Below, one piece after another: positions 13,185-25,804 of a stretch of DNA of 64,000 nt. Every line of letters begins with the position of its first letter. The stretch's first letter is position 1. The stretch lies in the NCBI GenBank assembly GCA_013265495.1, contig MU057744.1, forward strand, positions 2,307,370 through 2,371,369, written 5' to 3'. A program made the position numbers and the translations under genes. Origin of the DNA: Vicugna vicugna. Taxonomy: Eukaryota. The notes under the pieces are model-generated. The model was given only the letters and a program-made list of their open reading frames with translations. It was not told the DNA's origin and did not search any database.

Positions 13185-13545
13185 ACTTGGCACGACTATG
13201 GAGACAGCAAAGAGACCGCAGTTGCCACGACTTAGGAGGGGGAGACGGACGAACAGGCAGAGCCCGGGGTGGGGCGGTTTCAGGGCAGTGGAAACACTCT
13301 GACGACACTGCAGTGGTGCATACATGTCACAGATTTGTCTGAACCCACATGCAAAACCAAGGGCAGCCCTGATGTAAACAACGACTTGGGGTGACAGCGA
13401 TGTGTCGGTGTAGGCTCATCACCTGCTGCAGGTGCAGCCGCTGGAGGGGTGCTGGTGCCCCGGGACGAGGAGGCCGGAGCATGCTGCTGTGACGCCAAGG
13501 CTGTTCTAAAAAAAATGAAGGCTGAAAAACCTAATTTTTTAAAAA
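13185..13545 (+). mobile_element. L1MC-type 3' UTR end, strongly GC-shifted
   Basis: actatggagacagcaaagaga...gaacaggcagagc...ccctgatgtaaac...gatgtgtcggtgtaggctcatc...ctgttctaaaaaa; collinear with the copy at ~41930-42245. Confidence 0.75.
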
Positions 13546-13729
13546 AGTATTTAAATAATCCTCAAGCAAATTAACTGAATGGTCATTTCCCACACATTAT
13601 GCCACGGATGCTACCTGTGACGTGATCTTTCCCTGCTTAAGACAAAAATACCATTTGGGGAAATTCTTTCAGAATAGAATCCGTTTCAAGAAAGTCTGTG
13701 CCTGACAATGCAATGTGTATGCACACAAG

Positions 13730-14280
13730 GTGCAACCACGGCTTCGCTACTGCCGGCCTGAGAGCCGCAGCCCTGCGCGCGTGTGCAGGCGGCGGCGCTG
13801 GCTCAGCGGCTGGAACTGCTCGGCTCCGTGGGCTGACCGCGCCCCTCACCACGCTGCGACGAGCCAGTCTCTCCCGCCTGTGCCCGCCCGCCTCTGGCGC
13901 TGAGCTCGTCGTCCTCCTGGAGAGAGACGCTGAAGCCCCTCCCGCTTCCCACCGTCTCTGGCCCCTTTCCTTCCCTGAGGTGCCACCGGCGGAGGACGAG
14001 GGTTTAGAGCGCTGAAGGGAAGCACTTTCAGACCGCGGAGGTTTCCACGTGCAGGCCCCCGCCAAGCAAGCACCCGCGACCCCGGCCGGACTGCTGCTCC
14101 CGGGCCCAGGGGGCGCCTCTGCGCGGCGCCGCGGCCGCCGGGCGGTTCTGTGCAGCGGGCGGGGCTGCTCCGGGCCGGCAGCTGCGTGCGAGCTTCCTGC
14201 CCGAGGACGGCCTGGCGATCGCGCAGCCGGTGGCGCACCCAAGCTTCACGAGGCAGGGCTCGGGTCGGGAAAGCGTCTGC
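13730..14280. promoter_or_regulatory. CpG island, candidate promoter
   Basis: Very GC/CpG-dense; minus-strand donor GTG|GTGAGG at 13850/13849; CACGTG 14046-14051; TCCCGC at 13872 and 13940; CTCF-like CCAGGGGGCGC 14106-14116. Confidence 0.7.
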
Positions 14281-16270
14281 TCCGATTATTCCGTCAACGT
14301 TAATTTTCTTTTAGCCCAGAAGAATTTTAAAGCAAGGTTCTCCTTGGTCACAGTGTTCACAGATCCGCCTTAGGCGTCCTACTGCACGTGGTATCCGATT
14401 AAATGTGCTGATATCATCTGCGTTCCCGCAGTTACTCTCATTACAACGTAACGGGTAGCGAATTTACAGGAAGAAAACAATCTGAGATCAGAGATCGTCA
14501 AATACGAAACCTATCTGTACGGAAATACTGTGAAATATGTTAGTATGGCTATACGGGAAATTCATAATAATAACATCGATTAATGGCAAAAGCACTAGTG
14601 TTGACTCCCCACTGCGTCTGGTAAACATCACTAACTAGGTTTTGTCTAACGTCACCAGACAGTGGTTACAAATCAACGGGAAAAGCACGAAGGAGCGTGC
14701 GCCTGACGCTGCGGCCTCCTTTTTAGAGGAAATTGTCTGGAATTATTCTATTACAGCACACAGCTGCCTTCTGTTTTAGCCTGTAATAATGCGACCCACC
14801 TGCAAAAACTGGCAGGCATCCCGATCTTTTCTGAGGACAGTGAGGTTTCTTGAAACTCAAAAATACCAGTTCTTCCCCCGGGGAAGCCAGCAGGCCCACA
14901 CCATTGTTGTCCCGGGCCGCGGCAGGCAGCGCCAGTTAGCAGGCGCTGCTTGCTCCATTTTCCCCCAGACTGCCGAGGACTGTGGATCCACTGTGGAAAC
15001 CTGGCTGAGATCTTGTGGCAACGCAAACCGACAAACAGACAGTCAAACCCCCGACCTTGCACACGTCAGGGTCAGGAGCACCTCCCTAGGGCTCCGCCAC
15101 GTGTCGGGCGCTCACGCAGGTAGTTCTGCAGGCCGTCTCAGAGCTGGGGGACCGCGCAGGTGCCAGCCAGGGAGGGATCAAGCCCTTGGGGACAGCAACT
15201 TGTCCAGGCCCTTGGTGACAGGCATCTAGCCTAGGGCTCACTGCAGACCTCGCCATCCAACCTTTTCTGGAAACCCACCAACGCGTGTGCGTGTCTTGGG
15301 CTCTCTCAGAGCCCTTAACCAACAGTCCAAGTTGGCTAAAGACTTAAATACGTTTCTGTTGGGATCGCAGGGAGACATCATGCTCCTGGGCAGTGCTTTG
15401 ACAAGTCTTGGTGGATGTTCCGACTCCCTGGGACCATTTCTCCAGCACACACTTATGAAGGGACTGGGAAGAATAGAATCACACCTCACGGGCATTTTCT
15501 GTTTGTTTGCAGGCTGAGTTGCTTTTCAAAGTAAATGATGTCTGCAATGCTTAGAGCTTAGAAAAGTGTCTGGCACATAAAAAACACCCAATGTCTTAGC
15601 TGCTGCTTTTTCTTCTTCTGGTCAAGTCACGTGTATCTGCTGAACCACTATTACAATGATTGTGTTTCTGATGATTGATTACTAATCATTTCAGGCAATT
15701 TAATTTTTTTCTGAGCTCGGTGCAGAGTGCCAGCACTCCCTGGATGGACTGAACCAGAATCACCCCTTTGCTCCCATCTTGTGTAACCTTAACTTGCCAG
15801 GCCCGACGTGCCCTGTTCCTGGGACAGAATGAAATGCTGCACAGCCGTGGCCCTCGGGCAGGAGGACACTGCTCAGAAGACTGCGGGGTGAATGGATCTG
15901 CGACGGGGCTGCTGGCCGCAGGCGGACGCGGGAGGCTTGCAGAGCCCCACGGAGCATGTTTCCCGATGACTGTCTGAATTCTGCTTTTCCACCCACACCT
16001 CCTTTCTTCTCCAGGCTCCACGAGACCTCAGCTCTCCTCTCTGTGTGTTTAGTAACAAGTTAACATCTGATTTCACATTCCATCTTTTGTGTTTTCTTCC
16101 CTTAAAGGCAATTATTGCAGTCTCAGGAGTGCCAGGCCTGAGTCCTCCTGCAACAGAGCAGGACCCTGTGGGGCCTTCCGGGGACAGACCCCACCATGTC
16201 CTCCGCCTGCCTCGCACTTGTCGTCTCCCAGGCCTCCTCAGGGTCTCAACAGCCTGGCTCAAGAATCACT

Positions 16271-16792
16271 TGTAGGAAAGACGTGAACACGTAGTGACAA
16301 AAGTAGCAGCTGGGCCAGGAGACCTGGTGGCAGTGTGAACACTAAGCCAGCCACGTGGTAGAGTCACAGAACCCTCAGCCCCTCCCTGAAGGACTTAGAC
16401 AACAGTGTCTGTCACACGCTCCGGAGCTGTCTCACACACGCTAAAGCCCCCGCCAGATGGAAGGCGCTCACTACACGACGACCGCGTGCACGTGGCCCCC
16501 AGGCCAGCTGGAGCCTGAGGGTTGGTGGTGCGAACCCCGGCGACCCCGCCCTGTGACCTCACCATCCACCAACCAGAGAGCTGACTGTGCACGAGCTGAT
16601 CACACACCCCGACCCCCTCTCTCGCCCTTCAGATCTCTTTCCTGAAACCCATGGAGGCTTTCTGAGCACCAGCCGCCCGCACCCCTGGTTTGGCGCCTGC
16701 AATGAACATGGCACTTTCCTTCCTCACAACCCAAGCCAGCAGATTGGACTCACTGCGGGTGGGTGAGCGGACCCAAGTCTGGTTTGGGAACA
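16271..16792 (+). mobile_element. ERV1-class solo LTR (cetartiodactyl type)
   Basis: TG...CA ends; ccctgtgacctcaccatc...gagctgatcacac and terminal ggacccaagtctggtttgggaaca; 5' end uncertain, no clear TSD. Confidence 0.7.
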
Positions 16793-16909
16793 CCCCACCT
16801 CACAGATACTTCCGGTTATAAATGAGAAGGGACTGGCGGCAGGAAGTCTTTATCTTCCACGGCCCTCCCTACACAAAGGAGCACACAGTAAAGCCGCTTC
16901 CCTTAACCC

Positions 16910-17720
16910 CCAGGGCAGCACAGTGCGTTAGAAGGAGCTACATACAGTGGAAAAGAATGTGAAAGCAAATATGTGTATGTACATGCATGACTGAGACAGT
17001 GCGCTGCACACCAGAAACTGACACACCGGTGTAAACCTGTTAGCGCAGGCAGACAGCTAGCTATGAGCAGAGAGGGGGACACAGACCAAACGGCAGGACT
17101 TGGGCAGAAAGGAGGGGCGCGGGCCAAATGCAGGAAACCACACGTCATGTAAGCAGCAGGGGTCCCTGGGCGGAGAAAGGAAAGCAGGAACCTTTGGGCT
17201 GCTAAGGGATCTTGCTTTTTGGGGTGACAAGTGGCCTGGAGAAAAACAAAGAAAGGTGAGAAAAGGCAGGAATCTCCAGTGTCCGAATGTAACCTTTTGC
17301 TCATTATGCCCTCATTTCAATAAAATTAGCCTTGCAGATTAGAAGTACCCATCATGCACCACTTCCGACCCAGACTAAATCAGGACAAAAATCCCCCCTC
17401 CCTTTGGGAAAGTGGAGTTGGGATGATGATCAGGGAATACGACCCCAACCCCCTTCCTCCCCAGTGAATATTCCGCCCATTCATCTTTACACCCTATGTA
17501 GCTAACTTGCCAAAGAAACTCAGGGCAGCCGCTCACCTGAGCCTGCCCGCTCTCCCCTGAGAGTGTACTATCCATCCTTTAATAAATCCTCACTTAACCT
17601 CTTTTAACCACTATGTCTTGTCTCTGAATTCTTTCTGGGATGGGACAAGAACCTGGAACAGCGGTTGCATCTATCGGCAACAAACTGACTATACTACAAT
17701 ACAAATAAATTAATTTAAGA
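16910..17720 (+). mobile_element. Camelid-type L1 3' end split by an LTR (16910-17037 and 17683-17720)
   Basis: gcatgactgagac...caccagaaactgacaca...gtaaacc [LTR] aactgactatactacaat, then A-rich tail; the two halves join into the same terminus seen at 20322 and 42950. Confidence 0.85.
17038..17682 (+). mobile_element. ERV1-class solo LTR, 645 bp
   Basis: TGTT...AACA termini; AATAAA at 17581; U5-like tgtctctgaattctttct...gacaagaacc; 4-bp TSD aacc/aact. Confidence 0.9.
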
Positions 17721-18564
17721 AAGAACTGGATAGATTTCTCAGATAGAATCACTGAGGGCATCTCCAAAGCTCACCCAGGTAGCACCTAGCAGGGCTCCAC
17801 CTGCTGAGTTCTGTCTGACCCACACCTGTTCCCTCCCACGAGCCCACACATCCCACCGCAGTTGCTCAACATCCACATGTAAACATAAAAATACAGTTTA
17901 CCACTTGACTATTTCCCCACCGGAGACAAACTTGCATACTACAAACTCAAAATTCTTGCTCTAAAGTACAACTGGGTCAAAAATCATTAGCTTTTTTGCC
18001 ACAGTTTTAAACGCGAGTTTTCCTGAAACTGTGAATCTGTACGCCTCAACGATCTATGAAAGCCACACTTTTTACTTCTCAAAAGTGATAGCCTGTTGTT
18101 TGGAAAGCAATACAAGTTCAATTTTGTAAAATCGTTCCCTAATTCAATTTTTTTTCTATTATTTTAGGCTGGCTTAATTTCACTTTGCTCAAGAAGGCAG
18201 CAAACATTAGTCCATCATTATTGAAATTACACATTTACTGCATAATAAAAGCATAAAATATAAAAGGAGGAAGTTTAAGTAGTATCACATTTGAATGTGA
18301 AAGTATTTGTTATTGAGGTTCTGGATTGCAAGATGTTTTTTTCCCCAGCAAGTTGTTCTCACTTGGGTTTTATCTTAATTTGAATTTAGAATAGGTCCAT
18401 TTAGAGGAGATAATTCCTATTATTTTCATAAAAACTTGCTATTATCAGCTAATTGAAAAATTTAAATAAATTGGATCAGTCTCCAGAAGCTATTGTTATA
18501 AAAATAGACGTACCCACACACGCACTTAATATGCATGAAATAATACACTTTCAGGAAAGGGTAA

Positions 18565-19346
18565 TGTGATAGTGGGACTTCTAATACGAAATACACAGCC
18601 AGTCTTCACCCCTCCAGCACAGTCCTCTCAAAACCCCTGGAATTCCCTAAGCGGTAAGAGCCGTGAGGTTCTCGTTTATTGCCCATAACAAGCCCCTTCA
18701 ACCACACCTGAGTCTATGTTAATGAAATGGCTTTGGAAGGTCCCTACGGATGGAGCTAGACGCCAGGGGATCAACTGTACCAGATGGCTGGAACTCTCGG
18801 CCTCACCTCCTGACCCCAGGGGAGGAGGGAGGGGCTCGAGGTTGAGTCAGTCTCCAGTGGCCCAAGGTTAAACCCGTCGTGCCTGCGGAAGGAAGCCTCC
18901 ATAAACCCCACAAGGGTGGTGGGCACAGGACTTCCGGGCTGGTGGGCTCGTGGGGGTGCTGCGGGAGTGGAGACCCCAGGGGGTAGAGAGAAGCCCTGTG
19001 CCCCTTCCCACATCTCTTGCCCTGTGCACCTCTTCCGTCAGTGGTTTTGTGAGCTACTCCGATGAATGATCCACAGAGGAGGGGGTGTGGGAACCTCCAG
19101 TTTACAGGTGGTGGGCCAGAAGCACAGGCAACAACCTGGACTTGACTATAGGCTGTGGGACGGAGCCCTTCACCTATGGGATCTGATGTTATCTCCAGGC
19201 AGATGGAGTCAGAACTGAGCTGAGTTGTCAGATGCCCCGCTGGTGGTGCAGAATTGCTTGGTACAGGAAAAATCCCCCAGGTGGGGTGACCAGGAGGGAA
19301 TGAGCATATCGCGAGCAGAGATGCACAGGAGAGTTTTTCCTTTACG
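18565..19346. mobile_element. MER21-like LTR
   Basis: aaacccctggaattcc...cataacaagccccttcaaccacacctgag...gtgggaacctccagttta...gggatctgatgttatctccagg; orientation not established. Confidence 0.75.
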
Positions 19347-19348
19347 GA

Positions 19349-19710
19349 TGTTAAAGATAAACTGAGGCACATTACATGTTTGAAGAGTTTGTTGGAAACA
19401 GTATCAGCTTGACATGAGCCAATCCGGAAGTGGCTGGCGGGGCGGCAATGGCGGGGCGGCACAGACGGGGCCAAGTGAAAGGCTTTCCCACAGCCGACTG
19501 GGAAGCGAAGCAAGGGAGCCGCCTGACTGGCTCTGGCCTGAGTCGTTGCCTTATTTGGGAAGGTCTAGTTGGCCGTTTACGACTGGATCTTCTTAAGTCT
19601 TGATTTCTTAACCTTGAAGCATTCAGAAAAGCTGCTCAGGTTTCTTTCTTAGGTTTCATTTCGCTTAAGTAGCCTCAGTCTAAAGCTCTCCTCATTTAAT
19701 TATTTTAACT
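19349..19710 (-). mobile_element. ERV1-class LTR (MER31/MER67-like)
   Basis: tgttaaagataaactgaggcac...gagtttgttgg (degenerate antisense polyA signal)...ccggaagtgg...ttgccttatttgg...ttttaac. Confidence 0.6.
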
Positions 19711-20321
19711 CAGGTAAATACACGTATATAGTATTGCTGAAAACTGACCCATGTTCCAGAAACATTTAAAGACAAAAAGATGTTCTATGTCTTGTTTTTC
19801 CAGCATTGTATACCGTCATAAAGTTGAAACATGAAGGTATACACCTAGAGATGTGTGGATTCGTGCCATGCTTTGTGTATTAATGTTCAATGACATGTTT
19901 TTCTGAAAGTACAAGAAAAAAACTTCAACTTGACTTTGGCATTCCAGCCTCTTCTGGAATCTCTCCTAGTTTTGTATACGTTGAATGCATACACAGATAC
20001 ATGAACAATATGCTTGGATTTGGGGGTCAGGAATTACTTTTAAAAAGATAAATACGGCATTTTTTGGTCAGAGACAAATAATTCGGGTCATCTGGATGGT
20101 TTATCCCAAGCGGCAGGGATTAGGAGACTGGATTTGTTCCTTCTGATGTAAAAGTGTATCATCTGCTCCTGTTAACACACAATAGATGAGATCTTGTTGG
20201 GGTGATGCTCAGTTACGCTGCAGCAGAATTACCTTAAACTGTGATCTAAAGAGGCAAATGAAAGGGGGCGTCTGAGCACCAGGTTGGTATCAGACACACA
20301 AGACCCTCTGCTTGCATCCAT

Positions 20322-20430
20322 AAAAGAAGATGAAAATGAATATATGTCTGTGTATATGCATGACCGGGACACTGTGCTGCGCACCAGAGACTGACACATT
20401 GTAACTGACTGTGCTTCAATTAAAAAAGAG
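20322..20430 (+). mobile_element. Camelid-type L1 3' tip
   Basis: gaaaatgaatatatg...gcatgaccgggacactgtgctgcgcaccagagactgacacattgtaactgactgtgcttcaattaaaaaa. Confidence 0.85.
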
Positions 20431-20801
20431 AGAGAGAGAAAGCTAGAGCATCCACAAGGTTCCTTAGAGCAAACCAGCTCCTGACTGCCCAGGGCAGCCA
20501 GCAGACCAGGGCCACAGGGGGGGTGTAGGAGGCTGCAGCCAGGTCACTGACAACAAGACTGTACTCACCTTTGGTCACCACGGATCTGACCCGAGCCCTG
20601 GGAGAGGTCTGACCTCATCCTTACTTGATCCCTTGGACTGGGAGAAAGGAAGCCGCGCTGGGTGTGCCTACGTGTACTGCACAGGAGAGATGTACACACA
20701 CAACTACGACTTTCCAACCAAAACTGTCCTTTTGTGCCTACAGAGATGTAAAAATTGCTTTTGCAGTGGGCGTTTATCAGCCAGATCAAGAAAGATGTTC
20801 A

Positions 20802-21391
20802 TTCTTCAAAGAGCTAAACGTAGAATTTCCACATTATCCAGCAATCCCACTGCTGGGCATATATTCAGAAAAGACAAAAGCTCTAATTTGAAAAGACATG
20901 TGCACCCCAGTGTTCACAGCAGCACTATTTACAACAGCCAAGACAGGGAAACAACCCAAATGCCCATCGACAGATGACTGGATAAGGAAGGTGTGGTGTA
21001 TGTATACAATGGAATACTACTCAGCCATAAAAAAGAATGAAATGATGCCATTTGCAGCAACATGGATGGGCCTGGAGATCACCATATTAACTGAAATAAG
21101 TCAAAGACAAATATTTGTTATCACCTATACATGGAATCTAAAAAAATGGTACAAATGAACTTACTTACAAAACAGAAACAGACTCAGACACAGATGCACA
21201 CTACTATATATAAAATAGATAAACAACAAGGTCCTACTGTACAGCACAGAGAACTATATTCAATGTCTTGTAATAGCCTATGATGGAAAAGAATAAAAAA
21301 AGAATATATATACCTATGTGTGTGTAATGGAACCGCTTTGCTGTACACCTGAAACTAACACCGTATTGTAAGTCAATTACACTTCAAGTAA
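20802..21391 (+). mobile_element. 5'-truncated L1 (ORF2 end plus 3' UTR) with TSD
   Basis: ORF 20898-21158 is the L1 ORF2p C-terminus; TSD aaagatgttca (20791-20801) / aaagatgctca (21392-21402). Confidence 0.93.
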
Positions 21392-23209
21392 AAAGATGCT
21401 CAGCTGCTACCATACAGATCAGTGCGTCGTGCGCAGCTGGGCTCACCCTTGTGGCCCCTACTTTGCTTGATTATGAGGCTCACATTTCCCCTTACAGGTT
21501 TTCCTGTGCACTCTTTCTGCCAGCACAGCAGGAGAAGCTTCCTTTGCTGAACAGGACTGGAGCAGGCGGAGGTAGGACAGAGGTGGGGCTGGGTGTCTAC
21601 CCAGTCCCACCGCCTGAGAGTTGAGCGCACTCCCCACGGCATCAGCCAGGGCATTTATCACACCACCGGGGAACACTGAACAAGGCCGAACATTCCACAC
21701 CCTCGTGGGCGAGTCTGCAACCGTGTGTCTGCGAAGGGGATTGTCCACAAAAGGGAAGTGCCCTCTGGTTTCAGCTCACATCCGATTAATCACCGTGCTC
21801 TGTTATTCTGCCTTTTGAACATTTAGGACTGTCTCCTACTGGCCTTCTTTCTAATTTAGTTTCTGACAGTGTCCCAGGCATTGCACGAAACCCTGGAGAT
21901 TGAGACAGGCGGAGAAAGCTGTTGTTCTCTGACCACAGAACTCACATTCTAGGGTCTCCAGCTTGCTTGAGATCCCTTCTCTCAAAATTAGCCTCTCCCG
22001 TCAAGAGGGCTGGGCGCACAGCCACGTCTGCACTGTGGCGAAACCACTGCTCTGGGCGAGGCGGGAGGCTCAGGGCTGGAGTCCTAACCTCCCCGGGAGT
22101 CAGGCCTCAGTCTCAGGAACTCAGATTTGGGACAAAGTGATTTTATTTAATGTCTGTTGGAACATGGACCGAGGCAACACTCTTCTACCATGTATGAACA
22201 TACAGAATCTGATAAATCAGCCTGCAGAACGCATGACAGTGAAGCACAGGAAAGCAAAGAGAGGAAAGCCGCTGGGCCTAGAGGGGGTCTGTCTCAGTCC
22301 GAGGTGTCCAGCCTGGTCCCAGGACCTCAGAGGCCTGCAGCCACCCTCAGCCTCTATTCTCCGCTTTCAAAACAGAAGATCATTGCACTGAATCTTCCTT
22401 TTGCTTATTCTACTTTGAGACTGTTTTTTTTTTTTTTTCTTTTTGTTACTTGGAACTTACAGGACCTTATAACCAAGGAAATAATGATCTTTGGGAGGAG
22501 AAACGATCAAAGCTGAAGGGAAGACAGATACGTAAATAATAAATCATGGTTTATGTGGTGCCTGCCATGCCAGAGTGTAAATAAGGTGTAAAAAGACTGC
22601 TTTACACATGAAAGTAAGATACATGAAAGATCATTCCAAAGCGAAAAACATCTCTTCAGTTAACAAACAGCAAGTGATTGTCGTGAGCTTAGGGGTTCTA
22701 ACTAAAGAGAGACTTTCATTTAAATGAGGCCCATTGTGAGGCCTAGAACTCTTACCTAGCGGGTTATGTGTGCAGATGAGGCTGCACACGTGTGTTGGTA
22801 CTTTGTGGTTGAACTGCCTGAATGGATTCTCCAACAATGAACTGAGTTTTCAAGCCCAGTGGAAATGCAGAGAGGGTGGATTCACCTATTAACTTGCCAC
22901 AGGGTTTGAAAATGTTTTCTTCCTGCCCCTCATCTCTGGACCAGTTGACTTAATCACATGGAGGATGGTTTGAAGCTCCCTCAACCCTTGACACCCTGTG
23001 CAAGTCTGAATCCTGGCCTTTATCCCTCTCCTCTGCACCTATGATTGAACTTTTCCCGTGTATTTTATACCAAAATGAAATCAATTTAAAGCTTGAAATG
23101 TTCCACATATTTTTCTCTCTCTAGGATCTAATTCTTTTTTTGCATATAACAGCTGCTCAGTAGACGTTTGTTGAATGACTAAGTGTAAAATCGAATAAAT
23201 ACTCTATGC

Positions 23210-23426
23210 CAGGGGTCAGCAAAGCATGGTGTGCAGGCCAAACTCAGCCCACCATGCCTTTGTGTAAGTGAAGTTTCATTGTTACCCAGTCGCGGTCACT
23301 GAGCTGTGTACTGTCTGTTGTGCCCTTATGCTACCACAGCAGAGAGTGACGGAGGCAGAGACCGCGTGTCCTACAAAGCCTGGCATGTTTGCAATCTAAC
23401 CTTTAACAGAAGTGTGCCGACCTCTG
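23210..23426 (+). mobile_element. MER58A-like hAT-Charlie DNA transposon
   Basis: Terminal inverted repeats caggggtcagca / tgccgacctctg; internal ggccaaa...tgctaccacagcagag...caaagcct. Confidence 0.8.
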
Positions 23427-24295
23427 CGCTGGCTTCCTGCCTCCGTATAAACCTTGGGGTTTTGCTCTGTAGCTGAAGGGTTTCCTAGGCTCCCTGCAGT
23501 CTCTCAGCCACGGCAACGGCCTTGTCAGATACAGTGGCTGGGTCACGGACGACGGTAACTAAAATCCTTTCATATCTGGAGGGACCATTAAGTGACAATG
23601 GCAGAATCAGAGTAGAAATGAAAAATAATAAAAAATAAAATGCACTGGGGTTATTACTATTTCTTCATGACTTTGTTCTTTATGTAATGTCTAATGACTA
23701 TGATAATCATTAACATATTTACACTGCTGGTTGACTTGGTATCTCAAATATATTCCCCTAAAAATTATCTGACACTTTCTAAAGCAATTTATTTATCAGC
23801 CTTTTGATGAATGGCAACTTTCAGCTTCAAAAATAGTATTCAGATTTCAAAATCGTGCCTGTATCGACTTAGTTTGGTGTCAGTATCCTTCAGCTCTAGA
23901 TAGCCTTTACCAGGAACATTTGAAATGCCTGGGAAATGTCTTCCCAGATCTGGCTACTCAAAAAGGCTTCATCAGTATGGGAGGAACACAGGACTGCTAT
24001 TTTTAGCTATCACTCGATACGTTACCTTGGGCAGTTCTGTCTCTTGTGGTCTTATTAGTCAAGGCAAGAACACCTGCAAAGAAGTTCAAAGGGAAAAGGG
24101 GGAAAAAATTAAACTCCCATCCTCAGTGGAAGTCTGGACTTCACAGAAAATAAAAGCAATACAAAATATTATTGCAATCTTCAGTGAAAGAATTTTGGAA
24201 CTAAAATATTTCTGGTTCATTTTTGAATGTTTGTGTATTAAAAAAAAAAAGGTTGTCGCTGTAACCTTGGATGGTCTAGGGCGAAGGCTTTCAAA

Positions 24296-24311
24296 CAGCG
24301 CCCCCTGGAGC
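24296..24311 (-). promoter_or_regulatory. Candidate CTCF site
   Basis: cagcgccccctggagc is close to the consensus CAGCGCCCCCTGGTGG. Confidence 0.4.
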
Positions 24312-25804
24312 AGGAGGCTTCCCCTGGGAGCCCCAGGACGTGAAGCCATGTTCCTAATGCGAAGACCATGGGGCATGGCTTCCACAACTTTCTTTCTCCA
24401 GCTTCAGCCAGGGCACTCTCCATTCAGGTCCAGATAATTGAGATTTTGTGGGAGATTTTCTTTGGAAAGATGGTTTACATGTTAAAAACATGCTGTCACT
24501 GAATGCTGTGAGATTTGTTAACTATTTACCCCTCAGGGCTGTGTAAGATTGATGTTTGTGATAAGCCAGTTGGCCATACGGCCTCCAACTCAGGCAGATG
24601 TCAGCCGCTCCCTTGTGGAACCACATGCACGGCAGCGCTTCTGGTGTAACATTTTCACCTTGTTGTCTCCACGTAGATACACCGATTATGTCTTGTAACT
24701 TAAAGCAGGTTTCCTAGGTTTATGTGTAGTCTGTGACCTAAGTTTATGGTATTGCCTCCCACCCCAAATGATGATCAGTTAAACACACACACACTCACTC
24801 ACACCCAATTCACACACACAAAAATAAGACATTCCGTAGTGGGGGTTGGGAGGAGGACCCACAAATTAAAAGCGTGGTAACAATTCTGAGTGTGGCTTTA
24901 GGAAAACTGAATGTATTTCTCTCCCCAAAAGGAAAAGTATTTTCTGTCTTGGGGGAGGCTGAGACCACCAGAAGGCAGATGATAACTAAAATGATCATTT
25001 TTAAGGTTTTCATCCTCCCCTTTCTCTCAGAGCATCCCAAATCATTAAACTCTGCATTAAAGCTATTTGCATTTCTGGTTTTCCATAAAAATAGAGTATT
25101 TTCAGTCAACTACACTTTGATAAATAAATATAAATGCGATACAAAGTTTTCTGAAATATATTTGCCATATCCTACGGAAGTTCACAAAAGTGCCCATTCT
25201 CCCCTCAAAAGAAGGGAGAAATGTTCCCCATAAAAACTTAATAGAATAAATGGATTTCCTCTCCCCAAAGTCATTTAACGTTTGGGAAGAGAATGCTTCG
25301 TAATTAGCATCTGAATGGAGTCTGCTTGCAACAAGGAAGTGCAGAGCAACGTTCGTACTGACAGCTTCAGGAGTTCCTAATTTGCATACAGAAGGCTGAG
25401 ACGCACTTGTCATGCTGGAGCCACCTCAGTGGAGTCTGTGAGTTACCGGGCTGTCACTCCTGCTGTCCTGAATTTCAAAGTGCTACACGGGGTGACAGGA
25501 AACCTGTCAGGTGCAAGAAACAGGCTCTCTGAACCAGGAGGAAGAATGAAATCTTCCCTTCTGCTCCCACTCCAGAACTCCTCTTTTTTTTCCAGAGCTC
25601 ATCGTTAAGCATCCAGCACTTAGCATCGGGAACCAACGAGATCAACACCATGAAGGCTGAACTGCACGTGACTGGGCGGGGCTGACTTGCCCCAAGACGT
25701 GAACGGCTGGAACAGGGACCCTGTAGAACTCTCTGCTGCACACACTTTAAGTTGCTAAGGGGCAGTTGCATTCAGTGACATTTTATGGGGCAGCCTGGCC
25801 CTGG

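Noticed and set aside
13637..14303. Overlapping ORFs of up to ~200 aa in CpG islands (also 48.4-49.4 and 55.4-56.5 kb)
   Set aside because: Low-complexity R/A/P/G translations in several frames; stop-codon scarcity is explained by GC content.
18803..19513. 236-aa ORF, the longest in the track
   Set aside because: Spans two adjacent LTRs; no gag/pol/env or other protein motifs.
23925..24437. 170-aa ORF
   Set aside because: Crosses a poly-A run, has no recognisable domain and no splice support.
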